DNA of 64,000 nt from an uncultured Phycisphaerales bacterium (GTDB lineage: Bacteria; Planctomycetota; Phycisphaerae; Tepidisphaerales; Tepidisphaeraceae). Position 1 is the stretch's first letter; the number at the start of each line of letters is the position of its first letter. Positions 38,517 to 48,337 of this stretch are shown here, in pieces. The position numbers and the translations under genes were made by a program. The stretch spans positions 4,896,001 to 4,960,000 of the forward strand of contig CAVWLP010000002.1 in NCBI GenBank assembly GCA_963755915.1, in the 5' to 3' direction. The notes under the pieces were generated by a model that was given only the letters and a program-made list of their open reading frames with translations, ran no database searches and was not told the origin of the DNA.

Positions 38517-39173
38517 TCAAGTCGACTTGGCTCGGCGCCGGCCCAGCACGGCGGCGGAGAGCAACCCAAGCAGCGACGCCGATGCCGGCTCGGGGACCGC
38601 GATTTCGATTCCATTGCCCGCGGTTCCGCCTGCTGTTTCGTCGAGCTCATATATCTCGTCTAAAGTGGTCGTTGTAGTTGTCCAGTCTCCGTAGCCAAAG
38701 GGTCCCGTTGGGCCATTTACGCCCGTGAGGGCAATCGTGTTAGACCCAAGACCCGTTACGTTGAGCAGCGAGGAGCCGTTGAGTTGGGTCCAGTCACCAT
38801 CTGAAGTCAGGATGGTGTCCTCGAAATCCGTGTAAGTTTCGGTATTAAAAACTGTAATCGCCTGGCTTTGACTGAAGACCATTTTGATTTCCCATTGATC
38901 GATCCCGGTGCCCGTATCCATGATTCCCATTTTGACACCGCCATCCGCATTTTGCGACCCCTGCGATCCGACGCCGGGTGCGTATTGGAACAACTGGGGC
39001 GTTCCGACTGCGGGTGCGGAGACTTCGGAAACGGTGACACTGCCTCCCGGATAATCGATGGTCATGGGAAGGGTGGAAGGAGAGATGCCCGCAAAATCAA
39101 TCCAGATCGAGCCAAACACAGGAGCGCCAATGAGCAAAACCGCAGCAAAAACCAATTCAAACGACACCCGCAT
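38517..39173 (-). CDS. PEP-CTERM sorting-domain protein
   Basis: Signal peptide; C-terminal VPEPASASLLGLLSAAVLGRRR. Confidence 0.92.
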   Translation of the reverse strand: MRVSFELVFAAVLLIGAPVFGSIWIDFAGISPSTLPMTIDYPGGSVTVSEVSAPAVGTPQLFQYAPGVGSQGSQNADGGVKMGIMDTGTGIDQWEIKMVFSQSQAITVFNTETYTDFEDTILTSDGDWTQLNGSSLLNVTGLGSNTIALTGVNGPTGPFGYGDWTTTTTTLDEIYELDETAGGTAGNGIEIAVPEPASASLLGLLSAAVLGRRRAKST

Positions 39174-39596
39174 GGATACCTCTCGGCTGTTAGCCGGATG
39201 GGAAATAGCGCTACACTTTTTTTGGAACCGCCAGACTGGTAACGGAAACTACAAAAACGACTTTAAACGCGCTGCACCGCGCGCCAACAACAATCGCGCA
39301 GAAGCGAGGCTAAATTTGAAAGTTTTTACTCGCTGGGTTTGCGACGAATATTTCCGTGATTGCGACGGGAGGCGTCAAGTTAATTTCGTTGAATGGCCGA
39401 CCGCGAGCGAATGTCGATTGAGGCACGCGTTCACGCGACGGTTATTTTGCATTGACGCACGTGATCGGCGCGACGAAACATCGCGGGTATAGAGTTAAAG
39501 TGGGATGGGACTTGTGGTGGGAGTTGTGGTCGTCGCGACCGTCTCATTCTGATTCGTTTGCGGTTCTTGATTTGGGACGGTTTTCGCTGCACGTGT

Positions 39597-40008
39597 TCAT
39601 TGCTTGTGCCGCATGACGCGTTGGCCGTCTTTGACGCTGCAGTCGCGCCAGCCAAGGGATCGGTAGAGTTTGTAGGCGCGGGTGGATTTGTCGGTTGAAG
39701 TCCAGAGCCAGATTTCGGGCCAGCCGTGCTCGTAGAGCCATTGCTGGCCGCGGCGAACCAGCTCTGTTCCGATGCCGCGGCGTTCGTATTTGGGCAGAAC
39801 GGCGACGACCCAGAATTCGCCGGTGGTGCAATCGCACATGCTGAAGCCGACGATCTGGGCTTCGAGCTCGCAGACCCAGCCTTTGTGGGTTGTGGAGAGG
39901 CCGCGGGCGACGGATTCTTCGGTGATGCCGGCGCGTGTCAGGGCTTCGAGGGACCAGCGGTTGGGGAGTCATCAAGGACGCCCCTCCGGATTTGGCTCGG
40001 AATCATGA
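39597..40008 (-). pseudogene. GNAT acetyltransferase with N-terminal frameshift/deletion
   Basis: MIPSQIRRGVLDD, then out of frame NRWSLEALTRAGITEESV...GWVCE...IVGFS...VLPKYERRGIGTELV...RAYKLYRSLGW. Confidence 0.65.
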
Positions 40009-40059
40009 TCACTATCTGCACGGAACAGCAATCGAATAGCGATATGGCGGCGCATCTTC

Positions 40060-40118
40060 CTTGGCGCTCTTGGCGTCTTGGCGGTTCTAAAGAATTTTTA
40101 ACCGCCAAGAGCGCCAAG
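40060..40118. repeat. Inverted-repeat element (cttggcgctcttggcgtcttggcggtt / aaccgccaagagcgccaag)
   Basis: Complementary arms around an AT-rich spacer. Confidence 0.75.
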
Positions 40119-40161
40119 AAATACAATTGTTCTGGATAGAAATCATTTGGAAGTTGCAGAC

Positions 40162-40371
40162 TTGAGCAGAAAATATCTTGGTTCAAGCGTCGATGATTTT
40201 CTGAAGGAGGATGGAATCTTCGAAGAGGCTCAGGCGAAAGCAGTCAGGGAAGTCGTCGCTTGGCAACTGGCGAAAGCGATGAAGAAAAAGAAGCTTTCGA
40301 AAAAGAAGATGGCGGCTTTGCTGAAGACGAGCCGGACGCAGGTGGACCGGCTAGCCGAACGACCTGCCTGA
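40162..40371 (+). pseudogene. Truncated XRE-family HTH antitoxin
   Basis: GSSVDDFLKEDGIFEE...AWQLAKAM...SKKKMAALLKTSRTQVDRL; homology stops mid-HTH where the PIN gene's stop codon begins (40351). Confidence 0.75.
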
Positions 40372-40833
40372 GCGCGTAATTAGTTCGAGAAAATTGAGAT
40401 ACGGAACATTAACGCTCGCAATGGAACACACGGCAGGAATTTTGTACCGCGCCATCAGCGTGGGAAGCAATGGCTGAGGCGCTTCGTTCGTGACCAGTTC
40501 GCAGCCAGCTTCTTTTGCGGCTGCAATGATCAGCAAGTCGTTCTCATCAACGCCGTTAGCGTGGTATCGATCATTCATAATCCCGAGGCTTGCTTTCATC
40601 GCGAGAGCAAATCCCACCGAGATCTGTGTGGTTGAAAGCTCTCCTATATTGTTGTTTTTAAGCCATGTGTGGCAATCTGGAGAACGGTGGGCGGTTTCAT
40701 CAAGTGCAACCTTTGCAATGGTGAACCGCCCTGCGACAATTTCTTCCTCTATCCAGTCCCAGAGTCTCGGGAAATGGCTCAACGGATAGTTAATCCAGCC
40801 ATGGAGAATGGATGACGCGTCAAATGTTGGCAA
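40351..40833 (-). CDS. PIN-domain protein (DUF4411-like)
   Basis: FDASS...YP...FP.LWDW...ALDE...DLLIIAAAK...VTNE...KIPAVC. Confidence 0.85.
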   Translation of the reverse strand: MPTFDASSILHGWINYPLSHFPRLWDWIEEEIVAGRFTIAKVALDETAHRSPDCHTWLKNNNIGELSTTQISVGFALAMKASLGIMNDRYHANGVDENDLLIIAAAKEAGCELVTNEAPQPLLPTLMARYKIPAVCSIASVNVPYLNFLELITRSGRSFG

Positions 40834-41980
40834 GATGCTTCTCAAGCTTGAAGACGTCGTTCACTTTTAGATTGTCAAGGAAGCCGCTGGCCTTATTAAG
40901 TGTTATCCGTCGCGCCCGTAAGGCCGTGAGAACTGCGCGTACATAACGTCGACCGAACAATTGCACTGGTTCCTTGAATCTGCCAGAGCGGTTACCTCCA
41001 GATCTCTCCACCTTTGGCTGCGCTTCGCGCCATTTGCGGTACTCCTCGTATTTCGAAAGGGATAGTCGACCCTCGTCGAGTAGGCGGCGTAGGACAACTT
41101 CTGCGCTTACTCCCCACGCGCCGTACCAATGACGTAGTGAATCGTCGTATTCAGCGACGCCCGTGGGAATCGCGCTTTGCGGAATTTGATTTACGTACTC
41201 TCTAGGTACAAGGAGCTGGCCGGCAAATGCATTGGCCTCGCGTTCCCCACCCTGGCGGGCCCACAGGTCTGCTTCGCGGTCTATCGATCCACTGTCATGG
41301 AGCAGCAGGTGCGCCAGTTCATGCATCAGGGTGAAAGTCATGCGGGCTTCAACGAAATGCCCTCGGACTACTATGACGGGGTAGAGTTTGAATGGAATTG
41401 AAAAGCCGATCACCGTTGACTCGGCTGGAAATCGCCATGCGCCGAGGTATCCGGTAGTTCGGATAACCAAAACTCCCTTGTCCTCGATTTTCTCGCGGAA
41501 ATACTCAAACGACCGCGGAGAACTCACTTGTTCGTCTATGCCGAGCCAAGTTCGGACCCTCGCCGGTGCTGACGAAGGGTCGGCCTTTGGCGACAATGGC
41601 ACGGCAAAAGGAGGACCCAGGTCTTCGCCGATCTCTTCTCGCACTGCCAGGTAGGTCTCGCGGTACCTCTCGGTGCGCTCAATTAGTCCCTTAATCTCTG
41701 GCAAAAGGTCCGGCTCGTTGTTTGTCAGGCTGCGAAACGCTGGAGTCCTTACTTGGGTTTCGGTTACCGCACCCGTTTCGAGAAAAAAGAGGACGCCACG
41801 GCCAAAGAACTTCGCCAAGGAACTAAGCTGCGAAAACGTCAACCCTCCCTCGCCAGCCAACACTGCTCTCCATCGCGACGGTGTGATATGGATTTGTTCC
41901 CCAACGTCCTCGGGTGATATACCAAAATCGTCACTGCACCAGCGCAAACGCTCATTATTGATGGGTCCGAGTCGGTCCAT
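40820..41980 (-). CDS. XRE-HTH fused ImmA/IrrE-family zinc metallopeptidase
   Basis: N-terminal HTH (LTFSQLSSLAKFFGRGVLFF), FR motif, FTLMHELAHLLLH (HExxH), EREANAFAGQLLVP, WGVS.EV.LRRL. Confidence 0.9.
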   Translation of the reverse strand: MDRLGPINNERLRWCSDDFGISPEDVGEQIHITPSRWRAVLAGEGGLTFSQLSSLAKFFGRGVLFFLETGAVTETQVRTPAFRSLTNNEPDLLPEIKGLIERTERYRETYLAVREEIGEDLGPPFAVPLSPKADPSSAPARVRTWLGIDEQVSSPRSFEYFREKIEDKGVLVIRTTGYLGAWRFPAESTVIGFSIPFKLYPVIVVRGHFVEARMTFTLMHELAHLLLHDSGSIDREADLWARQGGEREANAFAGQLLVPREYVNQIPQSAIPTGVAEYDDSLRHWYGAWGVSAEVVLRRLLDEGRLSLSKYEEYRKWREAQPKVERSGGNRSGRFKEPVQLFGRRYVRAVLTALRARRITLNKASGFLDNLKVNDVFKLEKHLANI

Positions 41981-42181
41981 GAGGTTCTATTCTGAGGATA
42001 ATTATAACGCCGAGAGGTCTCAACCGTGGCGCATGTCGCAGCTAATAATAAGCGTCAGCTAGGATTTAGGCGGAATTTCAATGAACCACATACCACTGCC
42101 CTATCAAATTCAGCGGCTTCATTAACCGGTTCGGGCCCGCAGATGGCAGCCAATCATGATCGCCATGTGCAATGCCCAAAA

Positions 42182-42269
42182 CGGATAGGGAAGGGATCGA
42201 ACTCCCGCTACGGCAAAGCCGCGGACCTCGGTTTCACAAACCGATGCATTACCACTTAGCCATCTCTGG
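42182..42269 (-). pseudogene. Degenerate tRNA, class II (Ser-like scaffold)
   Basis: Minus strand has TGGCTAAGTGGTAATGCA (D arm), TCGGT-TTGTGAA-ACCGA (anticodon arm), a long variable hairpin, GTTCGATCCC (T loop) and 3' CCTATCCG; the 5' acceptor strand no longer pairs. Confidence 0.7.
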
Positions 42270-42432
42270 CGGAAGCACCTGAAATTCCCGTGCAAACGCC
42301 GGATATGGCGGGGGCAGGAGAAGAGTATGGCGCAAAGCGCTCTCGGTCAAATCGACATTAGCAAATGAAAAATACGCAGTGAAGGGGCCTACAGGTGCGC
42401 ATTCGCGGGCAAGACGTAGACCGCCGCTACTA

Positions 42433-43392
42433 CTACTGCTGCTGCTGCACCTCCTGCAGATCCGCCGCCTCGCGTAGCGCCGCCGCGCCGGTGGCATAGG
42501 CGGGGATTTCCAGGGACTGCATGCGTTCGGCCGCGAGTTCGGCAGGGATGGTGGGGAGTTCTTCGCTTTTGACGGCGACGTCGATGGTTTCGGTGGCGTT
42601 GCCGCGGTAGACACCGCGGTTGGGGGGGACGTCGCGGAAATCGCGGCCGACGGCGACCTTCACGAAGTTTCCGCCGATGACGCAGCGGTTGGCGGCGTCG
42701 AAGCCGACCCAGCCGGCGGAGGGGAAAAGCATCTCGCACCAGGCGTGGGTTTGGGTGTAGCCGCGGTATTTCTGGGCGTCGGGGTGGATGAAGCCGCTGA
42801 CGTATCTCGCCGGGATTTTCAGCAGGCGGGCGAGGGCGATCATTAGGTGGGTGAAGTCCTGGCAGACGCCGTAGCCGGTGGTGAGGATGTCGGTGATGGG
42901 GCTGGCGGCGTTGGTGATTCCTTTTTTGTAGGTGAATTTGTCGTCGATGAGGTGGAGAATTCGCAGGGCCATTTCGCCGGAGCTGACGGCGCCGTGGGGT
43001 GCGATGATGCCGGCGAGGTCGTGAAGCTGGGGGCAGTCGACGATGGGGCCGCCGAACTGGAGGAAATCGTAGGCGGTGTAGTCGTAGGCTTCGGGGGCGA
43101 CGGGCCAGGGGTCGGCGAAACGCTCGGGTTCTTTTCTGGGGCGGTCGGTCTCGACGACGCTGGTGGCGATGATGGAGATCTGGCGGTGGAACATGTTGAC
43201 GCTGAAGGTGTGGACGGTGTTGCCGAGCCAGTCGAAATAGCTGTTGACGGTGGTCGGCGGGCCGATGGCGAGGTCGAAGGAGAGGCGGTGCTGGTCCTGC
43301 TCCTGGCGCGGGACCATGCGCAGCTCCATGATCGATTCGTTGATGAAATCGGAGTAGCGGAGTTCGGTTTGGTGGGTGATTTTTAGGAGCAT
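42433..43392 (-). CDS. Transglutaminase-family protein
   Basis: LKITHQTELRY N-domain; GVCQDFTH, PARYVSGF, THAWCE, WVGFD..N, GRDFRDVPP.RG. Confidence 0.93.
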   Translation of the reverse strand: MLLKITHQTELRYSDFINESIMELRMVPRQEQDQHRLSFDLAIGPPTTVNSYFDWLGNTVHTFSVNMFHRQISIIATSVVETDRPRKEPERFADPWPVAPEAYDYTAYDFLQFGGPIVDCPQLHDLAGIIAPHGAVSSGEMALRILHLIDDKFTYKKGITNAASPITDILTTGYGVCQDFTHLMIALARLLKIPARYVSGFIHPDAQKYRGYTQTHAWCEMLFPSAGWVGFDAANRCVIGGNFVKVAVGRDFRDVPPNRGVYRGNATETIDVAVKSEELPTIPAELAAERMQSLEIPAYATGAAALREAADLQEVQQQQ

Positions 43393-43429
43393 GGTGATTT
43401 TTTTATGGGGTTGTGGCGGCGGGTCGTGA

Positions 43430-43571
43430 AATTCCGAAACCAGAAACCAGAATGGCGAATCAAACCCGAATGACGAAATCCGAATGAAATCGGGCGGCAA
43501 CATGGGCAGCCGGTTTCGTCATTCGGATTTCGGATTTGATTCGTCATTCGAGTTTCTGGTTTCTGGTTTCG
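43430..43571. repeat. Heptamer-built inverted-repeat element
   Basis: Left arm cgaaaccagaaaccagaatggcgaatcaaacccgaatgacgaaatccgaatga; right arm tcattcggatttcggatttgattcgtcattcgagtttctggtttctggtttcg. Confidence 0.8.
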
Positions 43572-43576
43572 CGCAC

Positions 43577-44610
43577 TCAGTGCATAAAATAGGACTGCTG
43601 GACCGCAACCGCGGCTTCGTGGACGGCGGTTTGGATTCGCTGCAAATAGGCTGGAATTCCTTCCGAAAGGATTTCGGATAATTCCGAATATTCGAGCTGG
43701 GCATCGAGGCGGCCGAGGATTCGCTCGGCGGGGTCGATGACGTTGCCGCGGCGCCGGCGCGGATGGCGGTGATGGCGGCGAGGGCGCTCGTCACCGTAAA
43801 ACGAATGCTGCGGGGAAAACTGCGCTCCAGGATCAGGAAGCCTGCCACGCGGGTGGGGTCCATGTCGCCGACGTAGTTGCGGCGGTAGGCTTCGATCGAG
43901 CAGCAGCTCCGCAGGACGGCCATCAGGTGGAGATTCCTCAGCGTGCTGTCGAACATCTGCTCGTTGGATTTAAGGATTTCATATTTCGTCTGGATCACCC
44001 GGCAGGTGACGTCCGTGCGCTCCAGAAATTTGGCGAGCTGGGTGAAGAGCCAGCGCTGGTCGTGGGGGAGGGTCTGGTCGGTAAGGCCCTGGAAGAGCAT
44101 GGAGCCGGCCATGACCGAGCGGTAGAGATCGTCGGGGGATTCGTCGAATCGGCCCGGAGTGTCGTCGCTGCGGAGGGACCAGTAGAGGGTGTTGAGGTTT
44201 TCCCACATCTCGGCGGAGATGTTTTCGCGAATGCCGCGGGCGTTTTCGCGAGCGTGGGTGAGGCAATTGAGGATGCTGCTGGGGTTGTCCAGGTTGAAGG
44301 TGAGCTGCTGGCCGACGCGCTGGGGGAGATTGGGGCCTTCAGGAAGCTCGGGGTGGTGGAAGATCGTCAGGAGGCTTTGCCACTGGCGGGCCTGGAGGGC
44401 GGGGGCGAGATCGCCGACGTCGATGAGAAGATTGGAATTGACCAGCAGGAGGCGGGCGACATGCTCGGAGCGCTCAACGTAGCGGGCCATCCAGTACATG
44501 GCGTCGGCGTCGCGCGAAAGCATGGACCGCTCTGGCTTCAGAGCCAACGAGGCGGGGATGCCGAGGGTTCGGGAAGTAATCGAGACGGAGGATTCGGCGG
44601 GGGCGCTCAT
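43577..44610 (-). CDS. Alpha-E domain protein (DUF403; frameshift near 43750)
   Basis: [60 protein letters not shown]; true C-terminus [14 protein letters not shown]...SYFMH. Confidence 0.9.
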
Positions 44611-44612
44611 GG

Positions 44613-46045
44613 TTATTCTTCTTCCAGAACCCAGGTGTCCTTGCTTCCCCCGCCCTGGCTGCTGTTGACGACGAGGCTGCCTTTGCGGAGGGCAACGCGC
44701 GTGAGGCCGCCAGGCATGACGATAACCTTTTGGCCATAGAGAATGTAGGGGCGGAGATCGACGCGGCGGCCTTCGAAATGGTCTTCGACAAGGCTGGGAT
44801 GCTGGCTGAGCTGGACGACGGGCTGGGCGATGAAGTTTCTGGGGTCGGCCTGGATTTTTTCGGCGAAGATCGGCGCGTTCGTCTGCGGAGGCCTGGTGGC
44901 CCATGAGCATTCCGTAGCCGCCGGATTCGTTGGTGCTTTTGACGACGAGTTCGTCGAGGTGTTCGAGCACGAATTTTTTGTCGGAATCGCGGGCGCAAAT
45001 ATATGTCGGGACGTTGGGGAGGATCGGTTCCTGGTTCAGGTAAAACTTGATCATGTCGGGAACGAAGGGATAGATGGCCTTGTCGTCGGCGACGCCGGTG
45101 CCGACGGCATTGACGAGGGCCAGATTTCCGACGCGGTAGGCGTTCATCAGGCCGGGGACGCCGAGGGCGCTGTCGGAGCGGAAACAGAGGGGGTCGAGAA
45201 AATCGTCGTCAACGCGGCGATAGAGGACGTCGATTCGGCGCAGGCCGGCGGTGGTGCGCATGTAGAGGAAGCCTTTATCGACGACGAGGTCACGGCCTTC
45301 GACGAGCTCGATGCCCATCTGCCGGGCGAGGAAGCTGTGCTCGAAATAGGCGGAGTTGTAAATGCCGGGCGTGAGGATGGCGATGCCGGCGTCGTCGGCG
45401 TAATGGGCGGCGACATATTTGAGCACCTGGAGGAGGTTGTACGGATAATCCTCGACGGCGCGGACGCGATAGGCGCTGAAGAGAGTCGGGAAGACGCGTT
45501 TCATGACGGTGCGGTTTTCCAGCACGTAGCTGACGCCGCTGGGCGTGCGGCCGTTGTCTTCGAGGACGTAATATTTTCCGTCCTTGTCGCGAATGAGATC
45601 GGTGCCGCAGATGTGGATGTAGATGTCGCGCGGCACGCGGACGCCAAACATCTCGCGGCGGAACATCTTCGCGCCGTAGATCAGCTCGGGGGGAATCACC
45701 CGTTCGCGAAGGATGCGCTGGGCGTGGTAGATGTCGTGGCAGAAAAGATTGAGGGCGGTGATGCGCTGGGTGAGGCCGCGCTCGATGACGTCCCACTCGT
45801 CGGCGGGGACGATGCGGGGGACGAGATCGAAGGGGAAGATTTTCTCGACGCCGCGGGTGTCGTTGTAGACCGTGAAGGTGATCCCCTGGTTTCGGAAGAG
45901 GATGTCGGTCATTCGGCGGCGTTTTTCAAGCGCCGTCTGGCCGAGGTTGCGAAGGCGGTTGACGAGGGATTTGTAGTGGTCGCGAGGGGTTCCCTCGCGC
46001 GAAGACCTCGTCGAACAGGCCGTTCACCTCGTAATTTTCAAACAT
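44613..46045 (-). CDS. Circularly permuted type 2 ATP-grasp protein (frameshifts near 46000-45930 and 44870)
   Basis: FDE N-terminus, [70 protein letters not shown]...[13 protein letters not shown]. Confidence 0.93.
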
Positions 46046-46193
46046 TCCGACGGATCCGTTCTCCCGTCTCTCTCTAAGCCGCCGGGGGCGATTCTAGGGA
46101 AACGGGGGCGGGTGGCAAGCATATTCTTCTGCCCCCATTCTGGTATCGGATTTGCGACATTTTTGCGGTGCAAGAAAGTGGCACCACGATTGC

Positions 46194-46552
46194 CTAACTT
46201 GCCTTTTTCCATACCGTCGTCAGCCATGAGACGGGGTTCGCTTGAATCGTATCCATCAACCGTCGCGCCAAAGGGGTAGGCCGGCGGACGCCGCGCTCCC
46301 AACCCTGGAGCCAAATCCGCGACACTCCCAGCAACTCGGCAAAGACGGCCTGGCTCATTCCAAGCCTGGCTCGAAGTTTTTTGACAGCGGCGGGGGAATA
46401 TTTGCCGGGCTCGGGAATGTCGATCGTGCGCACAGTAAACCGCTGCTCCAGCGGCGCCGCGCCTTCAATCGCTTCGGCAAGCGCCGAAGAGAGTGCATGA
46501 TATCGTCCGCCGCGCGCGAGCGTTTTTGTTTGGACTTGTTGTGTTCGGCCAT
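46194..46552 (-). CDS. HigA-like XRE HTH antitoxin (frameshift near 46440-46470)
   Basis: VKKLRARLGMSQAVFAELLGVS....QGWERGVRRP; directly downstream of the RelE-type toxin. Confidence 0.8.
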
Positions 46553-46564
46553 TTTTTACTCCTG

Positions 46565-46912
46565 TCAGACTTTTGAAACACTACGCTTGATCAGCTCGAT
46601 TAACTTCCGTGCTTCCGCCTTGTCCTGCGGCGTGAGATTCGCCTGCTCGTTTTTTGGGTAGATCGCGAGCAGATAGACGGCGTCGGCGACGCGGAAATAG
46701 GCGTACCCGACGCGGAACGCGCCGCTCTTACCCACATGGCGCGAGGGCGGAGCGAACCTGACCTTTCTGAGACCGCCCGTACCTGAGACAACCGCGCCCG
46801 CTTCCGGATTGCGCAAAAGCGTCCGCTCCAGTGCCTGCAAATCATCATCCGTCAACCTCAGTTGCGCCCATCGCGCCGCAAACCGCGGAAGCTGAACGAA
46901 CGTCAGACGCAT
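46565..46912 (-). CDS. RelE/HigB-family toxin
   Basis: FVQLPRF...LLRNPEAGAVVSGTGGLRKVRF...GKSGAFRV.Y...LLAIYPKNEQANLT. Confidence 0.9.
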   Translation of the reverse strand: MRLTFVQLPRFAARWAQLRLTDDDLQALERTLLRNPEAGAVVSGTGGLRKVRFAPPSRHVGKSGAFRVGYAYFRVADAVYLLAIYPKNEQANLTPQDKAEARKLIELIKRSVSKV

Positions 46913-46919
46913 ACGCTGT

Positions 46920-46947
46920 ATACTAGAATACCCTGTAAGCTTGTCAA
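46920..46947 (-). promoter_or_regulatory. Promoter TTGACA-16-TAGTAT, 7 nt before the toxin ATG (leaderless)
   Basis: Minus strand reads ttgaca agcttacagggtattc tagtat acagcgt ATG. Confidence 0.7.
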
Positions 46948-47091
46948 TAATGAACTATCGATCCATAATCCTGGGATGCAAGCGGCGGTGCTACCGCCTC
47001 CCCATTGCATTCCCCGCCTCCAAATGGACAATGCTCGCCCAAGGGCCGGGATCGGCGGAGAGAGAATTTCGGTACATTTAAGGAACCTGCC

Positions 47092-47436
47092 ATGCTGCTG
47101 ACCAAACACGAGGGCGCGACCTTTCAAAACCAGACCATCTACATCAGCGGGCAGGCGTTCGTCCGTTGTACATTCATCGCCTGTACGCTCGTGCTGCGGG
47201 AGACGGTTTATTATCTCGAGGGGTGTACGTTCGACCGGTGCAACTGGCACGTCGATCGCGTTTTGATGTGGGGCAGCCCCGAATCGATCCAGGAAGTGAA
47301 GGCGCTGATCGCGATGATCGAATCGGTGCAACAGCAGCAGCAGGCCAGCGCCGGACAGGGGAACCCGGTGGGTACGCTGGTGAATCCCACGCCAAATTTT
47401 ACGGGCGATCCGACGGCTGTGCCGCAGCCGGGATAG
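47092..47436 (+). CDS. Hypothetical protein with short beta-helix-like repeats
   Basis: AAGGA RBS; FVRCTFIACTL...LEGCTFDRCNW. Confidence 0.7.
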   Translation: MLLTKHEGATFQNQTIYISGQAFVRCTFIACTLVLRETVYYLEGCTFDRCNWHVDRVLMWGSPESIQEVKALIAMIESVQQQQQASAGQGNPVGTLVNPTPNFTGDPTAVPQPG

Positions 47437-47563
47437 GCTCTGTCTCATAGTGTGCGATATGTGAACCGCATCTTTTTTCTTCGTGTGCGATACCCGACCA
47501 GTGGACGTTGAGAAAGCCCTCGCCGCCAGGTTAAACTATCGGTCACGGAAAAGGAGTTGCGTC

Positions 47564-48136
47564 ATGCCAATGCGAACCACTATTCTCGGTGCTCTAGCCA
47601 TCCTCGCCGTCGTCGGCGTAAGCCTTGGCCAAGGTACGCTGGCAGCGAATCTTGCGACACTCACACCCGAGCCAGGTAAACCCGTCGCCGGGCTTCAACT
47701 CGCGCTTGATTGTGCCGCCCATGGTGTTCTGGAGATAACCTTTGAAAATGTGGGCCAAAATGCCATGGTTATCAATCTCGGCGACATGGTTGGCAATGGA
47801 CGCCAACTGGAGCCTCGGAACCTTCACCTGATCGTCAGTGGTCTCTCCGGGAAACCGCGCCAGCTCGATTGGAAGGGCCTCGCCGGCGTTTCCGGCCGGC
47901 TGGACGATTTCCTGGTCCCCCTCATGCCCGGGTCAAAATACACTATCACATTCTCGCTCGACGATTTGATCGGCGAAGGGAAAGGTGGCGACTGGAGCAG
48001 CACGGTGGCCGCCGGCGAAAAAGTCCAAGCCGTCTTCAAAGGCGCCGCACCTTCACTCTCGAACGGGGTAAGCATACCGGATTTGCCGATTTGGAATCAC
48101 AAGGTCGTATCAACTCCACTTCCGTACGCGGAATGA
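47564..48136 (+). CDS. Exported hypothetical protein
   Basis: AAGGAG RBS, signal peptide, GKPVAGLQLAL...ITFENVG...VVS.P beta-sandwich pattern. Confidence 0.7.
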   Translation: MPMRTTILGALAILAVVGVSLGQGTLAANLATLTPEPGKPVAGLQLALDCAAHGVLEITFENVGQNAMVINLGDMVGNGRQLEPRNLHLIVSGLSGKPRQLDWKGLAGVSGRLDDFLVPLMPGSKYTITFSLDDLIGEGKGGDWSSTVAAGEKVQAVFKGAAPSLSNGVSIPDLPIWNHKVVSTPLPYAE

Positions 48137-48337
48137 CCCCGATAGTCCGTGAGCAGTGTCTGGAGTGCACTCCGCAAAACGCTCACGTCTCATAAATCCT
48201 CGCGCAGCCAGACGAAGCGGCTTTCGTTCGGCTGCAAGAAGCGACGACGAGGTTCCTCTAGGCAGCTTCCGCAGGACCGGCGAGGAGGAGCGACGCCGCA
48301 GCCGGACGAAAGACGCGAGTATGGCTCGCGAGGATTC

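Noticed and set aside
40351-42269. Intact prophage or integrative element
   Set aside because: No integrase, transposase or phage genes, and no second att copy found; only a relic can be supported.
42288-42365. c-di-GMP-I riboswitch-like words (GCAAAC...GCGCAAAGC)
   Set aside because: Spacing is too long, there is no GNRA-capped P2, and no gene lies downstream on that strand.
43519-45912. 797-aa ORF suggesting an ATP-grasp/alpha-E fusion
   Set aside because: The join is out-of-frame junk. The true ATP-grasp C-terminus ([12 protein letters not shown], stop at 44613) is in another frame and alpha-E has its own start at 44610.
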